Below, piece after piece: positions 14,835 through 21,633 of a stretch of 26,279 nucleotides of DNA; position 1 is the stretch's first letter, and each line of letters opens with the position of its first letter. Below the pieces are notes generated by a model. That model saw only the letters and a list, made by a program, of their open reading frames with translations, ran no database searches and was not told the DNA's origin. A program made the translations under genes and the position numbers. Origin of the DNA: an uncultured Anaerolineales bacterium (GTDB lineage Bacteria; Chloroflexota; Anaerolineae; CAZYHC01); NCBI GenBank assembly GCA_964646625.1, contig CAZYHC010000065.1, positions 1-26,279 of the forward strand, in the 5' to 3' direction.

Positions 14835-16760
14835 CTAGCCCTGTTTATCTTTGGGCACAACCTGGGCCATCATCTCACGGCCTATACTTTCCATAGAAGC
14901 AGCCAGTTTTTCGTCGGTGGCCCGCAAACGACCGGCATACGCTTTGGCCTGCTCGACGGCCTTTTTGACGGAGATGTATTCCACCGTGCCCACCACGGTG
15001 GCCGCCACAATAGCCCACACCAGAGGGTCAGGCAAATCCACCAGGGTCTTGACGAAAGGTTCTGGCAGGCCGAGCGTTTTCCCCGAAGCCTGGATGAAAG
15101 CATCCAGGCGGGACACCCCGCGGGGCGGCGGTGGATTTGGCGGATTAGATGGCCTGGCCGGCTTCGATGGCTCCGAGGAGCCCGGAGGGGGCTCAGGCCC
15201 CGCAGGAACGACCACCCCCGCCTCCACCGGCGAGCTCACGGTGGCCTCCGAAGGCCACTGCCGGGCCATCTCCACGGGAAGAGTGGTGCTGACCTCTCCC
15301 TGCTCAGTCGGGCCGGTCACGGTATACCCGCTCCTGTGAAGGGTTTCCTGCTCGCTGCGCAGCACTTCCAGGGAACGGCGCAGTTGCTCAATCTCGCTCT
15401 CCTGGACAGTCTCGATGCGTTGCTGTCTCATACGGTCCAGGAAATCGGCTATAAAGTTGATGACTACCGGCAAAGTTGTGCCGGCCACCAGGCCAGCCAG
15501 CAGCGGTGAGGGAGCAGGCGCGGCGGGCACGGCCTCTCTGGGGGGCGGGTCCCCTCCTACCTCCTCGGTCATCCGTTCTAAGGCGGCCGCGGCGCCACCT
15601 ACTATGGTATCAGGCAGACGAGCCCAGGAGTAGACTACGGCCAGCAACGCGAAAGGCCCCACGAAACTGAACGGCGGCGTGTGAATGATGATGGGCGTGA
15701 TCATGATCAATCCGTAGAGCAGGGCCTGAGTGGAGACCGTTCGCAGAAAGGCCACCACCGAGCGCGACATTTGACGGGTGCGGTTCAGGCCCAGACCGGC
15801 CCCCACGTCCCAGGGCAACTTGGCTCCGCGAAAGACCATCTCCAGCAGCCGATAGGTCCCCTGCCAGAGCGTCACCCCCAGAAAGTAGAGCACAAAGATG
15901 CCGACGATGACCGTAATCCAGACCGTGGAGGCGCTCAACAGGTTGGCTATGGTCTGCCACAGCAGCGTCCCCGGCGAAGGACCGGGGGCCAAAGCGTACA
16001 ATTGCTCGACGATAACGCGAAGGCCAAAGCGGGCAGCCCGGATAACCGCTTCGTATAACTCCAGCCCCAACTGGGTGAAGCCGATCAGGACGATCAGGCG
16101 GCTCAGAAGCTCAAAGGGCGTTTCTATGCCCCGTCCCTTCCAGATGATATCCCAATCGGTCATCTGCGCTTCGGACACGCCGGAACGCCTCAACCGCAGG
16201 ATGGCCTTGCGGGCCCGCAATGGATAGTAAACGAGGAAGATGGCCCATCCATAATTGAAGGCCCACAGCAGCAGGTTGAAGATAACACCCCAGGGATTAT
16301 CGGGCGTCATGCTGGGGAAGACCAGGACCTGCTCCGTCCAGTTGTCCCAGGCGGCGGCCAGTTGCTCTCCACCAAGCAGCGTCACCAGGTCAGCGGCCTT
16401 GTGATCGGGGTCGAGGGCGAAGGCCAGGGCCGTCTCCACGGTTTGATCGTCCACGCCCATCAGTCTGGCGAAACTGGCCATGGCTCGCAGCAGTAAATTG
16501 GGCTTACGGGGCGGAGGCGGACCAGGCCCAAACGGAGCAGTAGTGGTCACGGTTACCGTATCCGTGATCTGGGCCCTGGCCTCCAGAATGGGACCATACT
16601 CCACCAAGAAGCCCACCCGCGGTTCTGCTGCCCAGGTTGCCTGGGGGCTTAATATCAAGAGGACTGACAGGCCGACGAGCCCGCCACATAAGAGCATCAT
16701 CTGGAAAGGACGCCCGCCAGGCCCCCTTTCCTGGTGAGGGCGTTCCCTTCCCCAAGGCAT
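14835..16760 (-). CDS. Large polytopic membrane protein (signal peptide, ~7 TM, coiled-coil, Pro-rich C-terminal region, terminal TM); VirB6/TrbL-like architecture (speculative)
   Basis: Likely start is ATG 16760, giving MPWGRERPHQERGPGGRPFQMMLLCGGLVGLSVLLILSPQATWA|AEP. The ORF track begins at TTG 16787. Multiple TM helices are followed by EIEQLRRSLEVLRSEQE and the Pro-rich PAGPEPPPGSSEPSKPARPSNPPNPPPP, then a final hydrophobic helix. Confidence 0.5.
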   Translation of the reverse strand: MPWGRERPHQERGPGGRPFQMMLLCGGLVGLSVLLILSPQATWAAEPRVGFLVEYGPILEARAQITDTVTVTTTAPFGPGPPPPRKPNLLLRAMASFARLMGVDDQTVETALAFALDPDHKAADLVTLLGGEQLAAAWDNWTEQVLVFPSMTPDNPWGVIFNLLLWAFNYGWAIFLVYYPLRARKAILRLRRSGVSEAQMTDWDIIWKGRGIETPFELLSRLIVLIGFTQLGLELYEAVIRAARFGLRVIVEQLYALAPGPSPGTLLWQTIANLLSASTVWITVIVGIFVLYFLGVTLWQGTYRLLEMVFRGAKLPWDVGAGLGLNRTRQMSRSVVAFLRTVSTQALLYGLIMITPIIIHTPPFSFVGPFALLAVVYSWARLPDTIVGGAAAALERMTEEVGGDPPPREAVPAAPAPSPLLAGLVAGTTLPVVINFIADFLDRMRQQRIETVQESEIEQLRRSLEVLRSEQETLHRSGYTVTGPTEQGEVSTTLPVEMARQWPSEATVSSPVEAGVVVPAGPEPPPGSSEPSKPARPSNPPNPPPPRGVSRLDAFIQASGKTLGLPEPFVKTLVDLPDPLVWAIVAATVVGTVEYISVKKAVEQAKAYAGRLRATDEKLAASMESIGREMMAQVVPKDKQG

Positions 16761-16773
16761 CGCGGTCAGAGCG

Positions 16774-17097
16774 TTACCCCCCTCCAAAAATGCTGATGAC
16801 TACTGGCTTGACGAAATTGGCGATCGCGTTCCGCACGTCATCTTTTAAAAGCCAGGCCACCGGAATGGCCACCGCCGTCAGGCCCGCGGTCAGGAATTGA
16901 TCGCGGACCCCTTTCCAGGCGCCAGGGGCGACGGGCTGCCCCGCCGTGGCTGCGTCTCGCTGGACCTTGTTGCTGAAACGCAGCGCACGCCACAACAACC
17001 AGCCAGTGAGAATGGGCGGACCGTAGGTCATCAAGAGCCCCACCAGACGCTGGATGCCGTTCAGGATACCGCTAACACCTGAAACCAACGGCTCCAT
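16774..17097 (-). CDS. Small 2-TM membrane protein, first gene of operon
   Basis: Preferred start is ATG 17097, with AGGAGGTG 6 nt upstream. The ORF track offers TTG 17133. The product MEPLVSGVSGILNGIQRLVGLLMTYGPPILTGWLLW...AVAIPVAWLL is 107 aa. Its stop overlaps the start of the next gene. Confidence 0.45.
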   Translation of the reverse strand: MEPLVSGVSGILNGIQRLVGLLMTYGPPILTGWLLWRALRFSNKVQRDAATAGQPVAPGAWKGVRDQFLTAGLTAVAIPVAWLLKDDVRNAIANFVKPVVISIFGGG

Positions 17098-17163
17098 TAC
17101 CTTCACCTCCTCTCGGTGAAAATTCATGCTCAACTATTTGATACCTGGAGTTTATCTCCCTTT

Positions 17164-17192
17164 ATTATACCTGTAGTTTACTATTAAGTCAA
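17164..17192 (-). promoter_or_regulatory. Consensus sigma70 promoter (TTGACT, 17 nt spacer, TATAAT) for the 8-gene minus-strand operon
   Basis: On the minus strand the -35 TTGACT is at 17192-17187 and the -10 TATAAT at 17169-17164, with exactly 17 nt between. It lies in an AT-rich intergenic island. Confidence 0.55.
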
Positions 17193-17314
17193 GAGCCAAA
17201 AGTTGCGATTTTCTGCAACCAATAGTTCATCCATAGGTGGGAGCGCCCCAACGCGGAGGGTGCGGAAAAGGACCGTGAACGGATAATTGATGGTCAAATA
17301 GGACTAGAGTACTA

Positions 17315-17343
17315 TTGCCTGGGGAACGCAAAAGTGTTATAAT
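17315..17343 (+). promoter_or_regulatory. Consensus sigma70 promoter (TTGCCT, 17 nt spacer, TATAAT) for the Flp pilin gene
   Basis: -35 at 17315-17320 and -10 at 17338-17343. It is followed by AAGGAGGTGA and ATG 17421. Confidence 0.55.
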
Positions 17344-17420
17344 AGCCTTAAGAGTGCTATTTTGTGTTTCTGCGCGACCCTTGTTATTAACGTCAAAAAT
17401 AGAAAGGAGGTGATGAACAA

Positions 17421-17654
17421 ATGTATAGTTATATAAATAACCTGGCAACTTCACTCTCTTTGCTTTATCTATTTTATGTCATACTTTTTTATTTTCAATA
17501 TAGGTGGCTAAGAGTGAGTCTGGCCAGGTTGAACGTTCTCAGAGGGTCGAGTGGACAGGGCCTGGTGGAATACGCCCTCATCCTGGTCATGGTGGCGGTG
17601 GTGGTTATTGCCATCTTGATGTTGCTGGGGCCGGCCATCAGCAACGTCTTTTGA
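17421..17654 (+). CDS. flp: Flp/Fap-family pilin (Tad pilus major subunit) with unusual N-terminal extension
   Basis: GQGLVEYALILVMVAVVVIAILMLLGPAISNVF matches the Flp motif G-X4-EY followed by a hydrophobic helix. The first ~30 codons (MYSYINNLATSLSLLYLFYVILFYFQYRWLR) are AT-rich and hydrophobic. An alternative start is GTG 17513 (RBS AGGTGG), which gives a conventional ~47-aa prepilin. Confidence 0.65.
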   Translation: MYSYINNLATSLSLLYLFYVILFYFQYRWLRVSLARLNVLRGSSGQGLVEYALILVMVAVVVIAILMLLGPAISNVF

Positions 17655-17805
17655 GAGGTCTATATCGCCCTAGTTCAGGGCGTTGATGTCAAAAAAGGTT
17701 GGACCCAAGGTAAAGGCAATAGCCCGTGCAAGCACTTCGATCCCACCAATTGAAGTCCTAAAAGACCGCTACCGGACGTCGGGGCTATTCGCATCCTCGT
17801 AAGGT

Positions 17806-17838
17806 TAAAGCCGATCACTTATCGTGATCGGCTTTTTT
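17806..17838 (+). terminator. Rho-independent terminator between flp and the convergent sensor kinase
   Basis: AAGCCGATCAC-ttatc-GTGATCGGCTT stem of 11 bp followed by TTTTTT. Confidence 0.6.
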
Positions 17839-19661
17839 CAGTCAGCATCAGGCGGCCGATTGATGTCTGAGGAGACGGGCGGGGGCGGTATTTCCCTGGG
17901 CAGGACTACCTCCAGACGGGTGCCGTGTTCCGGCTGAGAAACGATCTTCAACTGGCCGCCAAGAAGCTGAACCCGCTCCTCGATGCCTAGCAGTCCAAAA
18001 CTGCCCAGGCTGGCCAGGTCGGTGGCTGTTTCGGGCATCACGAACCCCATCCCGTCGTCTTCCACCGAGATCTCCACCTCCTGGGGGTTGAACTGAGCCC
18101 GCACCGTCACCGTTTCGGCCCGGGCGTGTCGGCGCACGTTTTGCAGGGCCTCCTGGACGATGCGATAGATAGCCACCTCCAGGTCGAGCGGCAGGCCCTG
18201 GGGAGACCCGGCAGTTTCCAGATGGGCCTGGATGGAGTCTGAGCGGGCCAGATCGTTGACCAGGAATTGCAAGGCCGGGATCAGGCCCAGGTCCTCCAGG
18301 GCCATAGGCCGCAGATCGCGGCTGAACTGCCGCACGTTTTCGATGGTGGCGGTGACCATGTGCCGGATGTCGCTCAACTGGGCCATCGCTTCCATAAAAT
18401 CTGTATTCGAGGCCTCACCTGGCAGGGAGGCGCGACATAGCTCGATGCGTTGACCAATGGCGATGAGAGACTGGATGGTATCGTCGTGCAGATCGCGGGC
18501 GATGCGTTTGCGCTCCTCCTCCTGGCTGTGGGTGACGGCCGCCACGTAGCGACGCAGGCCGGCCCGGTAACGGTCCACCTGTTCCACCATGGCGTTGAAG
18601 GCCAGGCCCAGCTCCCTGATCTCCTTGATAGTCCCCAGCCCCACCCTGGCGCTGAAATCTCCCCTGGCTACATGGGCGGTCTGGTTGACCAGGTTGGCGA
18701 TGGGCTCGGTGATGCGCCGCACTCCCAGCGAGATCATAGCCGCCGTCAGCGCGAACGTGACGATGAGCACCAGCACGATGATCCGCAGGTAAGAGGCAAT
18801 AGGGGCCACCACCTGCGCCCAGGGCTCCTTGATGACCAAGCCCCAGCCGGTGGCCGACACGATGGCAAAGCCGAAGACCGCCCGCGCTCCCTCGGGGTCC
18901 TGGGCCACCAGCGCCCCTTCTTCGGCGTGCATCAGGTGCTCGACGGGCAGCCGGTCGCTGAAGTCCTGGCCGATAGCCTCGGCCTCGGGGTGATAGATCA
19001 CCCGCCCGTTGCGATCCACCAGGTAGACCAGCCCCCTGTCGCCCACCTTGAGCTTCAACACCGCCTCGCCCAGACGTTGGCGTTCGAGGTAGAAAGTGCC
19101 GGCGATAAGCCCCTGAAACCTCCCCTCCCGCAGGATGGGCGCGGTCACCACGATGACGTTTTCGTTGGAGCCTGTTTCCTGGAAGATGTCCGAAAAGGTG
19201 GGCCGCCGCAGGGCCCGGGTGTTCTGGAAATAGGGGCGGATAGCCATGTTCTGCCCCATGAGGTCGGGACGATTGGGGACGCTTACCGTCACCAGGCCCC
19301 GACCATCCAGGATGATCACCCCGCCGTCGAAGGCATCCAGCAGCCCCTGGGAGTGGGCCAGGGCCAGGGCCTGGCCCTGACGCCGGGCGTCGCCGCTCTT
19401 GAGCTCGTCGCCGTTAGCCAGGGCGGTCAGGATGTCGGCGTAGCTCTCCATGTTCTCCGAAAGGCGGCCCGCCGAAACGCGGGCCAACTCCTGGTCACGG
19501 GCTTCCACCAGCGAACGCACCACCCGCTCGTAGGCGTAGAACCCTGTGGCGGCCCCCAGGGCCAGGATCAGGGCCAGGGGCAGCACGATCCACATCAGGG
19601 CTTGAAGGCGTAGCCCCTGCCACCATCTCCCCTCGTCCGTGCGCTTGTCGTTCATCTTCAC
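17838..19661 (-). CDS. Sensor histidine kinase, HisKA_3/NarL-partner type, with periplasmic sensor domain and HAMP
   Basis: Two TM helices flank a ~270-aa extracytoplasmic domain. A HAMP-like linker follows. The H-box EERKRIARDLHDDTIQSL is the HisKA_3 type. A C-terminal HATPase_c is present (DDGMGF, GSFGLLGIEERV). No response regulator is adjacent. Confidence 0.85.
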   Translation of the reverse strand: MKMNDKRTDEGRWWQGLRLQALMWIVLPLALILALGAATGFYAYERVVRSLVEARDQELARVSAGRLSENMESYADILTALANGDELKSGDARRQGQALALAHSQGLLDAFDGGVIILDGRGLVTVSVPNRPDLMGQNMAIRPYFQNTRALRRPTFSDIFQETGSNENVIVVTAPILREGRFQGLIAGTFYLERQRLGEAVLKLKVGDRGLVYLVDRNGRVIYHPEAEAIGQDFSDRLPVEHLMHAEEGALVAQDPEGARAVFGFAIVSATGWGLVIKEPWAQVVAPIASYLRIIVLVLIVTFALTAAMISLGVRRITEPIANLVNQTAHVARGDFSARVGLGTIKEIRELGLAFNAMVEQVDRYRAGLRRYVAAVTHSQEEERKRIARDLHDDTIQSLIAIGQRIELCRASLPGEASNTDFMEAMAQLSDIRHMVTATIENVRQFSRDLRPMALEDLGLIPALQFLVNDLARSDSIQAHLETAGSPQGLPLDLEVAIYRIVQEALQNVRRHARAETVTVRAQFNPQEVEISVEDDGMGFVMPETATDLASLGSFGLLGIEERVQLLGGQLKIVSQPEHGTRLEVVLPREIPPPPVSSDINRPPDAD

Positions 19662-19700
19662 ATTACTTCCTCATCATGAGGATAGCACTACCATAAAAAA

Positions 19701-19727
19701 AAGTCAAGAGATATGTATCTTTTGACT
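19701..19727. promoter_or_regulatory. Near-perfect palindrome AAGTCAAGAGATAT|GTATCTTTTGACTT containing back-to-back divergent -35 boxes
   Basis: 13/14 positions are symmetric. TTGACT faces each direction. It is a candidate operator shared by the divergent sensor-kinase and M28-operon promoters. Confidence 0.4.
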
Positions 19728-19750
19728 TGCCGGGGTGCTGTGGTATAATT
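19722..19750 (+). promoter_or_regulatory. Consensus sigma70 promoter (TTGACT, 17 nt spacer, TATAAT) for the M28-methyltransferase-ATPase operon
   Basis: -35 at 19722-19727 and -10 at 19745-19750, with exactly 17 nt between. Confidence 0.5.
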
Positions 19751-19800
19751 AAGCACGCTCATCTTTACAGGCATCTGGCCGGGAAGGCTCTTGGGGGCGG

Positions 19801-20976
19801 ATGGAAGAATTGCTTGACATTGTGCGGGTTCTGACCGTCGAGATCGGGCCGCGCCCTTCGGCTTCGGCGGCGGAGAGAAAGGCCGCCCAGTACGTGGCCG
19901 GGCGGTTAGAACGGGCGGGCTTCGAGGTGAAGGTAGAACCCTTTCGGGCGCTGACCACCTTCAGCCTGCCTTATGGGCTGATCTATGTGGGCTTTATCGG
20001 GGCCTGTCTGCTCTACCTGGTCAGCCCGTGGGCCTGTTTTGTCCTGGCTCTTCTTTCTTTGGCGGTCTTCCGGGCCGAGATCCGGGCCAGACCGATTTTC
20101 AGCCATATACTGCCCAAGAAGCCTAGCCAGAATGTGGTCGGCGTCCGACCGGCCCGCCAGGAAGCCACCCGCCGGGTGATCTTGACCGCCCACCTGGATT
20201 CTTCCAGGGCTGCGCTTCTTTTCCATCCTAAATTAGTGCCCGGTTTTCGCCTTTCCTTCCTGATAACGCTGGACGCTATGGTGGGTATCCTCATCCTGGC
20301 CTTGATAGGGCTTTTTAGACCTTTGGGCTGGCTCTGGTATCTTCAACTGATTTGCGCTCTCTATCTGGGGGTGGGGCTGCTGCTTCTGATCCATCGGGAG
20401 TTATTCATGGCCCATACCCCCGGCGCCAACGACGATGCCTCCGGGGTGGCGGTGCTGGTGGTCGCCGCCGAGGAACTATCCGACCTGCAAACCACCGAGC
20501 TATGGGCCGTAGCCACCGGCTGCGAGGAGTCCGGCCTTTACGGGATGCTCGCTTTTTTGGAGGCCCACTCCTTCGACCGCGAGAGCACCTATTTCATCAA
20601 CCTGGACAACCTGGGGGTCGGCCAGGTAGCTTACATCACCGCGGAGGGCATGTTGCTGGTCCATCCCTCCGACCCGACGTTGGTGCGCCTGGCGGAGGAA
20701 ACAGCGAACGAGACAGCGAACGAAACAACGAACGAGGGGAACGAAGAGGGGCTGGATGTCGGGGGGCGTCCCTTTCACACTCTGACCACCGACGCCGTAG
20801 GGCCTCTGGTGCATGGCTACAAAGCCATGAGCATCATGGCCTTTGATCGGCAAGGAGTCTTGCCCCACTGGCATTGGCCTACGGATACCATAGACAACCT
20901 GGAGCCGACCGCCCTGGAAACCGCCAGGAGATTATTGCTCGGCGTGGTCAGGAGATTGGATCAGGGCGGGCTGTAG
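19801..20976 (+). CDS. Membrane-inserted M28-family zinc peptidase (aminopeptidase-like)
   Basis: The M28 ligand and catalytic motifs appear in order: HLDS, GANDDASG, GCEESG, NLDN, HWHWPTD. Hydrophobic TM segments are inserted at aa ~55-95 and ~150-200. An acidic (T-A/T-N-E)x3-GNEE low-complexity insert is also present. Confidence 0.75.
   Translation: MEELLDIVRVLTVEIGPRPSASAAERKAAQYVAGRLERAGFEVKVEPFRALTTFSLPYGLIYVGFIGACLLYLVSPWACFVLALLSLAVFRAEIRARPIFSHILPKKPSQNVVGVRPARQEATRRVILTAHLDSSRAALLFHPKLVPGFRLSFLITLDAMVGILILALIGLFRPLGWLWYLQLICALYLGVGLLLLIHRELFMAHTPGANDDASGVAVLVVAAEELSDLQTTELWAVATGCEESGLYGMLAFLEAHSFDRESTYFINLDNLGVGQVAYITAEGMLLVHPSDPTLVRLAEETANETANETTNEGNEEGLDVGGRPFHTLTTDAVGPLVHGYKAMSIMAFDRQGVLPHWHWPTDTIDNLEPTALETARRLLLGVVRRLDQGGL
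20701..20748 (+). repeat. Imperfect 12-nt tandem repeat (ACAGCGAACGAG x4) inside the M28 peptidase CDS
   Basis: The four units are ACAGCGAACGAG, ACAGCGAACGAA, ACAACGAACGAG and GGGAACGAAGAG. They encode TANE TANE TTNE GNEE. Confidence 0.7.
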
Positions 20977-20982
20977 CGACCG

Positions 20983-21633
20983 ATGGGCTTGTGGCGCAAA
21001 CTGGTAACTTTTGGTTTTCGTCTCTTGTATAATGAGTTGGCCTGGACTTACGACTGGGTGAGTTGGGCTGTATCTCTGGGGCAGTGGCGGGGTTGGCAGC
21101 GGGCCGTTTTGCCCTACCTGGCCGGCCAGCGACTTTTGGAGGTGGCCTTCGGCACGGGCGATCTGCTGCTCGACCTGAACGCAGCCGGATATCGGTGTTA
21201 TGGGGTCGATCTATCGCCCTACATGCTGCGCATAGCCTCGGCCAAGTTGCGGCGGAAGGGCCTGGAGGTCCCGCTGTGTCGGGCACGAGCGGAAGGGCTG
21301 CCATTTTGCGACGAAGCCTTCGACTCTATAGCCATCACTTTTCCCACCAACTTCATCCGCGATCGGCGCGTGGCCCGCGAACTGGCCCGCGTTCTGAAGC
21401 CAGGCGGACGGGCGGTGATCGTGGAGGAAGGCTATCTCGGCGGTCAACACCCCTTGAGCCTGTTCATCAACTGGCTTTACGTCATCACCGGCCAGCGAGG
21501 GTCATCGCCGCTGGTGGACGACCAGTTCGTTGAGTTCGTTGTGGCGCTCGGCCAGGCCGGGTTGACCGCCCGACGGGAGCAAGGCCGCGATCACACCAGT
21601 CAGGTAAAGCTGATTGTGGCTACTAAAAAGTGA
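20983..21633 (+). CDS. Class I SAM-dependent methyltransferase
   Basis: Motif I is LEVAFGTGDLLLDL, the acidic residue is in YGVDLS, and the post-II motif is LKPGGRAVIVEE. It starts 6 nt after the M28 gene and overlaps the next gene by 4 nt (GTGA). Confidence 0.75.
   Translation: MGLWRKLVTFGFRLLYNELAWTYDWVSWAVSLGQWRGWQRAVLPYLAGQRLLEVAFGTGDLLLDLNAAGYRCYGVDLSPYMLRIASAKLRRKGLEVPLCRARAEGLPFCDEAFDSIAITFPTNFIRDRRVARELARVLKPGGRAVIVEEGYLGGQHPLSLFINWLYVITGQRGSSPLVDDQFVEFVVALGQAGLTARREQGRDHTSQVKLIVATKK

Noticed and set aside
17227-17454. 75-aa minus-strand ORF in the AT-rich island
   Set aside because: It overlaps both divergent promoters and the flp RBS. It has no RBS of its own. It is most likely non-coding.
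17655-17805. Possible tRNA-like or small RNA between flp and its terminator (TTCGATCC T-loop-like string)
   Set aside because: The flanking bases do not form a T-stem or acceptor stem. No cloverleaf can be drawn by eye, so I do not call an RNA gene here.
18450-19613. 387-aa plus-strand ORF
   Set aside because: Antisense to the histidine kinase gene, which has unambiguous H-box and HATPase motifs.
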